Below, in pieces: positions 1 through 13,050 of a stretch of 64,000 nt of DNA (within the stretch, counting starts at the first letter, position 1; each line of letters begins with the position of its first letter). The DNA lies in NCBI GenBank assembly GCA_013239625.1, contig MU055783.1, positions 1,302,001 through 1,366,000 on the forward strand, read 5' to 3'. The position numbers and the translations under genes are program-made. Under the pieces are notes generated by a model. That model ran no database searches. It saw only the letters and a list, made by a program, of their open reading frames with translations, and was not told the DNA's origin. The DNA is from Lama guanicoe (Eukaryota).

Positions 1-562
1 GAGATGATTGGACTATTGATTATTTTATTTCAAAAGAAAATAAAACATCACATCAGAGAGAAGTCCAAGTGACAGTATCTCCACACTCAGCCTGGGTAGT
101 AAAAGTAGGGAATTGCAGTCGGGCCCTGGGTTAAGTTCAGTGAGGTTCAGCGGGAACTACAGACAGGCGTCTAAGAACTAAGATTTTTTCAGCCTGATGC
201 TCCGAAACCATGAATCGCTGAATCCACCATGCATGGGGTCTCCTTAGGTACATTTTAACCTTCATTAGGTCATCTTCCTATGAGGTGGCATCTTGAGTCC
301 AGTCTTCAATTTGAATTAACAGTAACGATAATCACAAAAATAGTTCACATAGTATTATGGCTCATAAACATTTAATCTTCACAACAACCCCATCGTTAAC
401 ATTAGTCCCACTTTATAGAGAGGAGGGGAGTGAGGCTCCAAAAGGCTGACAGACAGGCCTGAGGTCACAAAGGGTAGAAAGTAGAGAGACATGATTCAGA
501 TCAGCTCTTCAGACCCTGACAGCTGTGCCGCTTCCACACCTTCCTCCTAGTGATGGTCTGCA
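1..562 (+). repeat. Near-identical duplication, copy 1 (truncated by the window start)
   Basis: Matches 1493-2054 with one difference seen (A229 vs G1721). Confidence 0.97.
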
Positions 563-1492
563 ATGATGAGGAGGAAGATGAAGATGGTGGTGGATGGGGT
601 CAAGGGTACAGGTAAGATAGGGAGATGTGAGGTTGGGGAAGTAGGCAGTGCTGAAACATGAAGCCTGTGTTCCAGGCTATAAAATTTAGACTTTATCCCT
701 GAAGTCAGAGGAAGAATTTCAGTAAGTGGATTGACCTGGTCAAGTGAATGTTTTAGAATAGGCCTTATGGTGGATTGGAGGAGGGTGGGAGAGCAAAATG
801 GGAGGCAGGAAGAGAGATAGGAGGCTCTTGCACTAATAAGAAGGTGTGCAGTACAAGAGTGGCTTCTCCAAGGTGCAGCTGATTGGGCTGTGAGTTTAGG
901 CCAGGGCTACTCCCTCACAGCAGGGCCCAGCTACGTGGAGGAAGACAGAATCCAGTCTCCTATTATCATTGGAATTAAGCTGCTTTGGTGATTCCATAAA
1001 TGTCACACTCAGGTGCACTGAGGTGGGGTTTTTTTGGCTTAAGATGGAAAAGCAGCAGTGGTTATCTGTGGGTGGTGGGTTTATAGGTTGTCTTTATATT
1101 CTCTTTCCCAGCTCTATTTTCTAAATGATCGGCAGTGAACACACTTTTGTAATAAGGAAAACCCCATTATACAATTTTTTGAACCAAAACTACCCGTAGT
1201 TCAATCCAACAGCAGTTCTGTCCTTACAACCTGAGTGAGGCAGCACTCACCTGAATTACAAATGGGAAAAGAAAATTATTGATGGGATCCAACTTCAAAC
1301 TTACAAGCGATTTGTTTTCTCTCTTTAGCTTTGGGAGATTGTGCTGTGCCAATGAAGATAGACTGGAGACATGTGAATGGTCTTGAGTTTGAGAAATAAT
1401 AGTTGTTTTTATTGTTATAGCTTCCAGCATGGATTATTTTCATGATTTATCCTTCAGGAAATGAAAAGGGCAGAAAAACTGTCCAACAGGTA

Positions 1493-2054
1493 GAGATGAT
1501 TGGACTATTGATTATTTTATTTCAAAAGAAAATAAAACATCACATCAGAGAGAAGTCCAAGTGACAGTATCTCCACACTCAGCCTGGGTAGTAAAAGTAG
1601 GGAATTGCAGTCGGGCCCTGGGTTAAGTTCAGTGAGGTTCAGCGGGAACTACAGACAGGCGTCTAAGAACTAAGATTTTTTCAGCCTGATGCTCCGAAAC
1701 CATGAATCGCTGAATCCACCGTGCATGGGGTCTCCTTAGGTACATTTTAACCTTCATTAGGTCATCTTCCTATGAGGTGGCATCTTGAGTCCAGTCTTCA
1801 ATTTGAATTAACAGTAACGATAATCACAAAAATAGTTCACATAGTATTATGGCTCATAAACATTTAATCTTCACAACAACCCCATCGTTAACATTAGTCC
1901 CACTTTATAGAGAGGAGGGGAGTGAGGCTCCAAAAGGCTGACAGACAGGCCTGAGGTCACAAAGGGTAGAAAGTAGAGAGACATGATTCAGATCAGCTCT
2001 TCAGACCCTGACAGCTGTGCCGCTTCCACACCTTCCTCCTAGTGATGGTCTGCA
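1493..2054 (+). repeat. Near-identical duplication, copy 2
   Basis: Offset 1492 bp from copy 1; identity stops after ...gatggtctgca. Confidence 0.97.
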
Positions 2055-2109
2055 TTATTTCGTTTTCTCTAGACTCGCTAACTGAAAGGACAAGTAGGGC
2101 CCATAGGAA

Positions 2110-2470
2110 TTGTGTTCGTTCTTATTGCTATTATAACAAATGACCACAAATTCAGTGGCTTAAGGCAGCACAGATTTATTCTCTTGCAGTTCTGGAGGTC
2201 AGAAGTCCAAAATGAATCTTACAAGGGTGAAACCAAGGTGTTGGCCAGGCTAGCTCCTTCAGGGGGCTCCAGGCTTTTTGTCCCTTCCAGGATTTCAGTG
2301 CCTGCCAGCATTCTTTGGCTTGTGGCCACATCACCCCAATCTCTTCTTACATCCTCACAGTGCCTCTCATAAGGCTTCCCTCTCATAGGGACTTGAATTA
2401 GAACTCCCTGCAGACATATGCCTGTAAAATCCAGGATAATCTCCCCATCTCATGATTCCTTTTCATATCC
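2110..2470. mobile_element. MaLR LTR fragment (MLT1-like), interrupted by an L1
   Basis: Typical MLT1 text: ataacaaatgaccacaaattcagtggcttaa...gatttattctcttgcagttctggaggtcagaagtccaaaat. Confidence 0.75.
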
Positions 2471-2473
2471 TTT

Positions 2474-3120
2474 ATCGTTATAGGTTACTACGCGATATTG
2501 AATATAGTTCCCTGTGCTATACAATATAAACTTGTTTTATCTATTTTATTTATGTTAGTTAGTATCTGCAAATCTTGAACTCCCAATGTATCCCTTCCCA
2601 GCCCCTTGACCCCCCAGTAGCCATAAGTTTGTTCTTTATGTCTGTAAGTCTGTTTCTGTTTTATAAATAAGNNNNNNNNNNNNNNNNNNNNNNNNNNNNN
2701 NNNNNNNNNNNNNNNNNNNNNNNNNNNNNNNNNNNNNNNNNNNNNNNNNNNNNNNNNNNNNNNNNNNNNNNNNNNNNNNNNNNNNNNNNNNNNNNNNNNN
2801 NNNNNNNNNNNNNNNNNNNNNNNNNNNNNNNNNNNNNNNNNNNNNNNNNNNNNNNNNNNNNNNNNNNNNNNNNNNNNNNNNNNNNNNNNNNNNNNNNNNN
2901 NNNNNNNNNNNNNNNNNNNNNNNNNNNNNNNNNNNNNNNNNNNNNNNNTTTTCAAAATAGAGCTTCCTCCAGACAAATGCCCAGGACTGGAATTGCTGGA
3001 TCATGATAAGTCTGTTTTTAGTTTTTTGAGGAATCTCCATACTGTTTTCCACAATGGATGCACCAAACTACATTCCCACCGACAGTGTAGGAGGATTCCC
3101 TTTTCTCCACACCCTCTCCA
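2474..3120 (-). mobile_element. 5'-truncated L1 (ORF2 C-terminus plus 3'UTR), with an N gap inside
   Basis: Minus-strand peptide ENSMEIPQK resembles the L1 ORF2 C-terminus; attgaatatagttccctgtgctataca is a typical L1 3'UTR signature. Confidence 0.85.
2672..2948. other. Assembly gap (277 N)
   Basis: Run of N. Confidence 0.99.
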
Positions 3121-4924
3121 TAAAATGCTCTGAATTTAGATTTAGGCCATAGCTCTTAATTATTTTATTTTTAACCTTTCACTTGAGGGCCTTGGGGCTT
3201 TAGTGTTTGCTTGCTTGCTAGTTTCTAAGCAAATTTAACTCTGACTCCTTGTTGGAAGTCACTTTCCTAAAACTGGATCCTCCTCTTAGAATCCTGTCTT
3301 TTAGGGTTGGAGGCAGACAGCAGAGCATTTCCAGGTTGGAAATGGCTTGCAAAGAGGGGCATTCTTCAGGTCTCTCCTGCCCGCTGCCATTTATCAAGCA
3401 CTTACTACGGGTCAGGAACTGTGCAAGCATTCAACATTCAGTGAGAGCTCATTTATATCTTACAACAAGCCTGTAAGGTAGATGTCTTTAGCCCATTTTG
3501 GAGATGAGAAAATCAAGGCTGAAAGAATTAAGGAACATGCCCAAGGTTGCACAGTCAAGCCACAGAGCCTCCAAAACCCAGGCTCTTCATACCATGTTGT
3601 TGCAAAACTGGAAAATTTCCACACCTGAGCAATATATGGACCTCTTTTAAAGAGCAATACCCTCCAGTTTGAACTATAATTATTTTCATCATATTATTAT
3701 TTAAATATGTGCAAAGATAACTAGAGATTAACTCCTTACGCTTCTAGCTCTCGCATGACTATAAAAGCAAAATAATGATAATAACAACACAAACAAAACT
3801 ACGAACCGTTTAAAATGCTAATTAGGAGCTTTGCTTTAATGTGGTGGGTGATGCCGTTTTGCTGAAATTAAATGGCTGTTGACAGTCTAGGTTCGACGCT
3901 GACTGCCCTGCTGTGGTCCTTCAGGGGTTGGTGAGCCTGCACACCGCAGTCCTTTGGCCTCACTTCTCCACTGCTCCCCCATCCTCTGACATCTCATTTA
4001 TCATTTGGGCTTTACCTGGTGAGAATGTCACTGATTTGCTAACTCTGCCTCTCTCTTTATCCACTGACTCTAGCAGCTGGATTCTCTGGGCAGCAGATTG
4101 AGTCAAGATTAGCAGACATTATCAGGGATGTTCTTGGGAACCACCGTGTGGGGCGGGGGGAGGCGGGGAGCAGAACCAGGCAGGGGTGAAGTTGAGCTGG
4201 GTAACAGACCCAAAGAAGGTCTCTGCCAACATCATGTGGGGTAGTTTCATCCACTCAACGCAATACCCTGAAAGAACTGACAACTAAGGGCCATCCTTTA
4301 TCTTTCCCAGCAGCTGAAGAGGGATCTGGGCAGAACAAGACGTTCTGCCACAGCAGCCCACAGTAACGCTGTAGCGAGAAGCAATAGGATGTAAACACCA
4401 AGCATCCCGGCCACTGAAACTGCCTGGTGCTGCTTAGTTATAAGATCTTCAGGGTCATCTATAGTATGCTTAAACTGATTTTTTTTAAGTTATCATAAAT
4501 ATATAAAATGTTTACGTTCTCATAGAAAACTTAAGAGACCCTAACAATGCCTTCACAGACCCTGAGGGTTCCTCAGATCTCACTCTGAGAACAAAGAACA
4601 TCAGGAGGCATTCAGTTACCTCTGCTGCAGATTGCTCTGTAAACCTGTGACATCTCCATGGCGTGAAAATCACGAAGTTCTATGAATGTGTCTTCAGGTG
4701 GCAGTAGTAATTTACAGATCTTCTTTCCAGATCATGTCACATTTAGGAATAAACACTTCCATTTACTGAACATTCATTCAGGGTATTTGATCAAGCATCT
4801 ACTCTAAGATGGCTGCTTTGCTAGACAACTTCTAGCGGGGGAAGACCTGTAAAGTGAACAAATGAAGTGAGCAGATAATCATGCAACATGATTGAGGTCA
4901 TGGAAAAGGATGATTTGAGAATCT

Positions 4925-5247
4925 GGGGGCTTCAGGGAGGTGTTGGCATGGCAGGGAGGTCAGGAAAATGGGGCAATGTTGGTCCAAGGGCACAGAGATG
5001 TACTCATGTAGGATGAATAAATCCACAGATCTAATGCACGACAAGGTGACCTTCTTGAAGTGTACTGTATTGTATGCTGGAAATTTGCTAAGAAAGTAGA
5101 TTTCAGGTGCTTTCACCACAAAACAAAAAAGGCAACTATTGAGGAGGTGGATATGTCCATTAGCTTGACTATAGTAATCATTTTACTACATATATCAAAA
5201 CATCATGTTGTCCACCTTAAATATAGAAATTGCTATTCAAAAAAAGA
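4925..5247 (+). mobile_element. Old L1M (L1MA/MB-like) 3' end
   Basis: tgtattgtatgctggaaatttgctaagaaagtagattt...catcatgttgtccaccttaaatata followed by an A tail. Confidence 0.8.
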
Positions 5248-5583
5248 AGGAGGGCTTTTCCAAGGAGGAGCTGCTTAAGACATAGGACATTCTAGGCAGA
5301 GGGACTTAGCAGCCTTGAGAAGCGTGGTCATGACAGGTAAGCAGGAGATGAGGCTGAAGTAGGTCAGGCAGAAGTGCCGATGCCACAGAGAGAAGGGGGT
5401 GCAGACAGCGAACATGACTCAGGAATCCGAGCTGCCCCTTTCCTTCCCATTATCTGGTCCTTTCCTTACACATATCTCGTTCTGTCCTCTCGTGCTATTA
5501 TTAACCCACTAGAGGACAGCCCCACAAAAGCAGGGACAGTGTTGCCTTGTCCACTGCCCTCTGCCCCGTGCCCAGTGTCACCT

Positions 5584-5964
5584 TGAAAAATAAGAAACCA
5601 ATTCAAGAGACAAAGCATTTATTCGGGATCAAAGAATTGCAGTTTGGGGTACAGAGATTCAAGTAGAAACGCAAATAGCCTCCCGCTTACAAGAGAGAAT
5701 TGGGGCTTTTATGGAAAAAAGAAGGATTAAGTTGTTTTTAAGAAGAGCTCATGGGTACTGACAAGCAAAGCCAGATTCGTACTTCAGGCGGGGTGGTCAC
5801 GAGGTGAAAGTTCGTTTTTATCAGTCCGTTCTACAGGACAGTCTTATTCCTGCTGACTTCTTGGAATATAGGCGGTTTCGTCCAGTTCAGAGGTTGAGGA
5901 AATAGTTCCTCTCAAATGGTCTTTCTAGTTCTATTGGAAATGGCTTCACTCTCTTCATCTGTCA
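5584..5964 (-). mobile_element. Solo ERV LTR, 381 bp
   Basis: TG...CA termini, perfect 5-bp flanking duplication CACCT (5579-5583 and 5965-5969), minus-strand AATAAA at about 5617-5622. Confidence 0.75.
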
Positions 5965-7555
5965 CACCTGCCAGTGGACACGCCCCACAAGAGCAGGGAG
6001 CATGTCTCCTTGTCCCCTGCCCGATGCCCCTTGCCCAGCACAGTCTTTGACCGTAGAAGGAGCTCAGTAAATCTATGCTGTACACACTGAGGGACCCGCC
6101 CAGAAAGGGTGAGTGACTTCCCCAAACTTACACAGTACGTACATGGCAGAGCCCAGATTTGAACCTGGGTCTGCCTTAGTCCACCACACCGCTCCTGAAC
6201 CCCTGCTCCATGGGGCCAGAGTAATAACTAGAAGGGGATTTCACAGTCAGGGAACCTTCTGTCACCATGGGAGCCTGCCAGAGACCAGCCTGTGTGTGTG
6301 TGACCTTAAACTCCTGGTAAGGACACCCCTTCAGTGTCAGCCCAACACAGTTTCTCCTCTTACCTCCCCAGTCTGTCTCCAGACCTCTACGATTTTTGAG
6401 GTAGGGGGGTCTCAGGAATGAAAAGAGTTAAGCTTTTACAGCTTATCGAGCTGTTCCTTTGCATTTAAATAGCACCACTTAAGAAAGCAGCGTTTCTGGA
6501 ACCATATTTGATGGTAACGTGCTGAGCACCTTAAGGCGTGCTTCCTTCTCCCTGTCCAGGTCATTTAGAGCTTCATTACTTAATAATCTGAAAGCTTTTT
6601 ATGGAAATCAGTGGATGGAGGGAGATGATGAAGGGAAATGTTATTATATTTAAGGACCCAACAAAAGAGGCTTGACAGTAGGCTACCTGGGTCGGAAGCT
6701 TCTTCCAAGGAAAAAGGAGAGGGAGATGCTGCTATGCAGGTGGATTCTTGTTTCTTTTTGAAACAGCTTTTATTTTAAAGATGATAAAGCCTCACAAAGC
6801 CTAACAGGCTTTAAGATTGTCAAGTAAAGAACCCATCAGATATCTTATCAATTCTGCCCCTGCCCTGGCACTTCTGTCCCCTCTCCCCACCTTTTTGGCC
6901 TCTGCCTTGGCTCCGAGCTCATCACCTCCAGACATTCCCTCTGCCCACCCCACCCCCCCGTCACGTGCAGCACGGAGCTCCAAACACTCCCTCCAAAGCC
7001 TTCGTGGATTTTTCTCCAGATGAGAAAACTGGGGGGGAATAGCCTTAGAATGGCTTTCTCTTCCTATTTTTTTTTTAACGGCAATATGTTTGCATGGCTC
7101 AGAACCGAAGTGCTATATAAAGTTATACAGCGAAGTCTTGTTTTCTGTGCTCCCTGGACGCCCAGTTTCTCTCCCCTGAGGCACCCTGTTTTTGTCAAGT
7201 TCTTATGTTCCTTTCAGAGGTACTTTAGGCAATTAGAAACAAAAGTGCACACACACACACCACACTGCACACATCTTCACCTCTCCCATTTCTTTGTAAC
7301 GTGGTAGCTAGATTATTATACAAATAGATGAACCCAAAAGACTATATAATGATGTAAAAAAGAGAGACAAAACTATATACATGTGTATTCTTATATTGCT
7401 CTGTGGTCTCTGGGTTCATCGTTTAAAGAGCTATATCAGTAATGAGATTATCTCTGAAATATATTAGAAATAGAAAGCAAGGTACAGCATGGTTTCTGTA
7501 ATAATCTACTTGTGTAAGAGTCTAGTAACCATGATACAAGGAAATGGTAGAGATA

Positions 7556-7557
<2 letters not shown>

Positions 7558-7603
<46 letters not shown>
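7558..7603. repeat. (GT)23 microsatellite
   Basis: Perfect dinucleotide run. Confidence 0.98.
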
Positions 7604-7604
<1 letters not shown>

Positions 7605-8489
7605 TCTCTAAGCCGTGTCTCAACTACGTGACCAAGACCCACAGATACAGAAATGACCGTCCTAATTGATGATAGCTGTTGGGTGAGGATGGTAGGATAT
7701 TGACTGGGTATTTCTTTTTGGCTTCTCTCTCTCTAACTTCCTACTATATGGTTATGCTATTTTTTTTTTAATTTTGAAGACCTTACCTTAGTATGTAAGG
7801 TATGTTTTCCTCTTGTTAAAGTTCTTTCCTGGTCCTTACATACACATTCGCACTTATATCTCTACTAAAAACTGCAGCATCCGTCCCCATCCAACCCTGG
7901 CCTCCCTCTCGTCCGCCCCTGCAGTGTCTTCCCCAGAGAGCCATCAGGGCTGGCACACCCATCACTGCTCCTTTGTTTCCGTCTGCCTCCCGCTCTAGGA
8001 GGAAAGCTCCATGAGGGCAGGGATTGATTGGTGTCTCTTTTGTTCGGGGCTCTGTCTCCAGCGCCCAGAGTGAGCCTGGCACAGAGCAGGGGTTCAGTCA
8101 TTATTTGCTGGATGAATGAATCCTCGCGTGGCCCCCGGCAATGCCCATAACTGAGCATCAGTAGCTACTGTCCTCTGCTGCCTTCTTGCAATGGCTGGAA
8201 GGTCACACCTGCATCTTGGGTCTGGGACCTCCCTCCTGCAGGTGCACCCTCCCTCTCTCCTGCAATAGCGATTTCTCTGTCCAGACTGGATTATACCCTA
8301 TTCCATACAAACTTGCCCTAGTATCACTCATCTTGTAAAAACAGTCAGGTGTCCTCCCTGCTACTGCTATTTTCCTCAACTCCCCTTCACAGCACGGGGT
8401 GGTGCTGGCTCCACCTCCCTGGCTTCCGTGTCTTTCCTAAACCTGTTCCAGTTGAATTTTCAGCAGTGACCAGTGAGGCTGGGATTGCA

Positions 8490-8680
8490 GCAGTGAGCAA
8501 GCGGCGGCAGGGCTGGCGGGAGTGGGGACTGTAGAGGCAGCAGGGAGAGGTGACTGGGGGCAGTGGGGATGGTGGGGGGACAGAGAGAACAGCAGGGGGC
8601 AGCAGGGAGACAGTGGGAGCAGTAGGAGGACAAGGGGGAGACTGGGGAGGGGACAGCAGAGGACAGTGGGGACAGCACAA
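8490..8680 (+). repeat. G/purine-rich degenerate repeat (GGGRCAGY-like units)
   Basis: Repeated ggggacagcag / gggggcagtggg / gggagacagtggg units. Confidence 0.7.
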
Positions 8681-10659
8681 AGGCTCTGAAGAGGCCCTGA
8701 GGGCTGGCCCTAGTGTCCTCCTGCCTCTCTGGCTGTTCCTTCTCTGGCTCTTTGGCTCTTCCCCACCCTCCCGTCTCTGCTCGCTGCCCAGGTACTCCGC
8801 CTTATGGCTTAACTAGCACCTGTAGGCTGATGACTTTCAAATTTATCTCCTGCCTGGATCCTCCCGACTTCTCCCTTGAACTCCAGCCTCATATATCCAA
8901 CTGCCTACATGACACCTCCCCTTGGAGTCCGCCCTGACCCCTCTTTGTTTTATATCCCCCATCCCATCCATCAGCTGATCCTGTTGCTTCTCCTTTAAAA
9001 TAATGTCTTGCATCTGACATCTTCCCACCCACTCCATTGCTCTCTTCTGGTCCAGTGTCATCTCCTGGCTTCCCCCTGCCCTGCTCCCCTTTACTCTCCC
9101 ACCACAGCCCGCAGTCCACAGTCCTCTAAACTCATAAATCAGATCCTGGCACTGCTACTCACAAACCTTCAGCAGCATCCGAGTCCCAGGGAGTGCCCCT
9201 CAGACCCCCTGGGAGGGCAGCAAAGGCCAGAGGCTTCCTCTAGCTTGTCGTGAATTAACTGTGTAATTAGCTAGTCCATCATTCATCCCTTAGCCACTCC
9301 CTGCACGCCTCCTCTGGGCCGGCTAGTGCTGAGGGCACCAGGAAGGCACAGTCCTGCCCGTTTTGACAATGGCTTCCGGGACTAGATACAAGTTGTCCTC
9401 AGAGGAAAGGGAGGAAGGGGCGACAGGGAATAAGGCCATGGGGTGTCAGATCCTTTAAGACCCCCAGAGACACCCCCACGGGGCAGGGCTTGGGGTGCTG
9501 CCCTTACCGGTTGCCTTAGAGGCACCTTCAGCCAGACCTGCCGGCTCACCCTCCCTCCCCGATTACAGCTGCGCTCCCTTGCAGCCCCCGCCCCTTGGGG
9601 AGCAGACAGCCCCTGCTTCACATGCTCTGTCCTGTGTGATGTCAGAATCTCACCTGGCCTAGCCTCTCTTTTACTTCTCCACTCTGGCCCCAGCACTAAC
9701 CTTTTTCTCATTGCTTGAGAAGGGTAGGAGGGCTTGGGAAGGTCAGGTCATGAGGGGCTGGGATGGGAGGTGCAGACCCGCCCCACTGACCTCTTCAGCT
9801 CCCTGTCTGACTCAGAGGAGAGGCAGACTTCCCTAAGCGTTCTGAAAGACACGATGAAAGTCCAGAAAATGAGGTGAAGCCCAGGGTTGGCACTTCGGTC
9901 AGCAAAGAACGAACTAAATCAGTGCCGGTGGTAACAGAGGCACGTGGGAGGCTGGCCCTCTCTCTCAGGGCATACGGTGACGCCTGACCTCAGAGCTCTC
10001 CCTCCACCTGCCAGATTCGGCCATGGGTGCAGGGACGGGGGACAGGCCCAGGCCCTGGTGGGCCCTTCCCCTCGGCTCCAGAGATGCCAAGCTGCTTTCA
10101 CAAAGCCGTCTCACAGGGAAATTACCATCTCCGGGCATTATGTCATTTTCCCATCGGAATTACAGGCTGTGTTTGAAAAGAAATAAAAAGAAATTGAATT
10201 TGAAATGCTTCTGTGAAACCACATCATCTTCTTGTGGATCTGTTAATGGGCTTCAGATACCTTCTCTGGCTTTGGAATAGGTGATCAGACAGCAGCCTGT
10301 GATGGCAGCTGCTTCCTGGGGAAAAGGCAGGCTGTGGACACGTATAAACGGCCAGCCCAGGTCACTGCGGTGTCCATCTGACACAGACTCAGAGCCTGTG
10401 AGCTCTGACCCTGATCCCTAAAGTGGCCTCAGGGTCCTGTCCCTTCTCCCTCCTTCTCCTACCAGGCAGGCCCAGCAGGGCTCCCCGGCTGGCACTCTGC
10501 CCCGGTTCTTCCAGCGCCCAGCAGCTCCGCGCCCAGGTCTGTCAGGGTCACTCCACCCAGCTTTGGCTCCACCCTCAGCTGCAGGCTGCTGGTGGGCAGG
10601 GGCTCAGAAGGACAGCAGCCACTTCCTCGTCACAGCCTCTCGTGCATCTGGCAGATTCC

Positions 10660-11960
10660 GACTGAGCACATTCCAAGCACTGGTTCTAAACACTGATAGT
10701 CCAGCAGTGAGTGAGCAAAACAGACAAAAGCTGTTGCCCGCCTGGAATGCCTATCCCAGCAGGGGCAGATAGATGCTAAAAAGTAAGTAAGCACAATATA
10801 CCGTGTATCAGATGGTGATATATCAGATGGTGACAAACATTACAGAGAAAAGATCATCAGATGAAGTGATGAGCGGGGAGCAGTTTGAGGAAGGGGCAGG
10901 GAATTGCTATTTTGAATAGTGTGGTCAGCAGAGGCCTCACTGAGAAGGTGACATTCGAGCAAAGACCTGGAGGGGGCAGGAGAGTGAGTGCTCTGCTATC
11001 TGGGAGGACAGCATTCCAGGCACAGAGAACAGCAAGCACGAAGTGTGCCTGGCATGTTGGAGGAAAGCTGTCGGGGCGGCTAGAGCAAAGTGAGCAAGGG
11101 GGGAGCAGTGAGAGATGAAGTCAGTGAGGTAACGGAGCAGGGGATGCTGGGATGCAGAGCAGATCATGAAGGGCTGTGGGGGCCACGGCAAGGTCCCCAT
11201 GTGCTGTGCAATGTGAAGCCACTATAGGATTTTGACCAGAGGAATGGCCTGATATGACTGTTGTGTGACGAGCTGGAAGGAGGGGGAGGGAAGAGGTCAG
11301 GGGTCACCCAGGAAGCAACTGCAATAATCTAGGCGAATGATGATGGTGGCTTGGGCCAAGGTGGTGGCAGGGCAGGTGACAGACAGTGGTTGGCTCATAA
11401 ATACGTTTTAGAAGTGGAGCTGACAGATGTGCAGAAGGATCCAAAGGGGAGGGTGAGAGAAAGACGCATCAAGGAGGAGAAACCGGAAGGACGGCAATGC
11501 CATTAATGGAATGGGAAGAATGAGAGAGGCCAGGTTTGGGGAGGGAAGATCCCTGGGGAGCTTGGTTCTGGACACAGTGAGTTTGAGACACCAATTCCAC
11601 ATCCAGGTGACAGCATCACACAGTCGATAGACAAGCTGGAGTTGCAAGGTGAGGCTGAGGTGAAGGTGAAAATGCAGGAGTCATCAGTGTGCACACAGCT
11701 GGTATTTTAAGGCAGGGGACCAGGGGAAACGGCCAAGCAGGTGGAGAGAAAAGAGCCCTGAGGGCTGGGGTCCTGGACCACTTCATGTGTTTAGAGGAAG
11801 ATGAGGAGGGGTCAGTGAGGGAGACTGAGGATGGAAGAGGTGAGAAGAAAATGAAGAGGCAGCAAGTGCCAGAGGCAGGTGGAAAGGGTTTCAAGGCAGA
11901 GGGAGCCACCAGCTGTGTCAAATGGTCACAGAAGCTCCAAGCTGGGCACTGGCCATTGGC
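10660..11960. mobile_element. L2 LINE fragment(s)
   Basis: Typical L2 text: ggcctcactgagaaggtgacattcgagcaaagacctgg...agcattccaggcacagagaacagc; ttctggacacagtgagtttgag. Confidence 0.8.
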
Positions 11961-12544
11961 TGCAGAGAGAGGTGAGTCTCAGTTACTTCATCTGAAAAAG
12001 GGGGGCCATCAGCCTGCCCACCTCAGGGGGCTACTTGCAGCCCACGTGAGACCACGGGCAAACTGTAGAGTGCCGCCGAATATGAGCTGTCTGTTTTTAT
12101 ATATGACCCGAGAAACCCAGAGCCTGTTGAAATGATAGGAGGCGATGCTGGGCACAGTTGATTTTAAAGATGCTTATAGCCCCATTATCGCCTCATAAAA
12201 TGGCTCATTTCCTGCTGCTTATCACCAGGACACTCACCGAGGGATGAAAAAGTCCCCTTCAGAGGTGGAAGCCATCAGGTCTGATATTTTTTAATGGTTG
12301 GTAAGTGGGGATTCTGGGAAAGGGTAGAAACAAATAACGGGACCAAACACTGCCCACCTGGGTCTTTACGCAAGATGCCAGGTGCTGCTCTCCCAGTGGG
12401 AATTGGGGGACCCTGTGCCTCAAAGCAAGGGCTCCTTGGAGAAAACTGCCAGCCAGGGGCAGCCACGGTCTTGCTGAAAAACAAACAAGATACAGGAGGG
12501 AACGAGAGGGAGACGGAGAGGAAGAATCATCAGGAAAAGTGGAA

Positions 12545-12715
12545 AGAGCGTGAGTTTTGGAGTCAGACACATCTACAGTGGAATCTTGCTTACTGGATGG
12601 TCTTTACAAGTCACTTGAACTCTCTGACCCTCAGCTTCCTCATCTGCAAAATGAAATGGCAGCTATTCCCAAAGGTTTTCATAAGGAACACTGATGAATG
12701 GGGAAATGCATAATC
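12545..12715 (+). mobile_element. MIR SINE
   Basis: ttttggagtcagac...aagtcacttgaactctctgaccctcagcttcctcatctgcaaaatg core. Confidence 0.75.
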
Positions 12716-13050
12716 GGGTGAGGGTCTCCACGTGCACGCACGTGGATCACTGCCCGTGCATTTAGTGTCACTGACTTTCCTCCTCTTTGGTAGCAGCAGT
12801 TTCTCTCCAACTCAGGGACCCTGTGCTGCCTCCTCTTTATCAGAACCAGTTCTCAGGACAGCTTTGACATGAACATTTGTGAACACTGTTATGATCATCC
12901 CCCCAGGGTGGCTGTAATATTCAGAACTCAGGGGAGACTAGGACATGCCCTTAAGGGCAGCAGAAGCACAGACGGCGGGGAGGGGTGGGGCTTGACTTCT
13001 CTAGAAAGCCCCGCTCTCCTGCCCCACAACTAACCCTCCTAGTCCCTTCT

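Noticed and set aside
3590-4595. AT-rich, conserved-looking block as a novel element
   Set aside because: It looks like an old hAT-Charlie-type transposon interrupted by an ERVL/MaLR-like LTR; the family could not be assigned confidently without a search.
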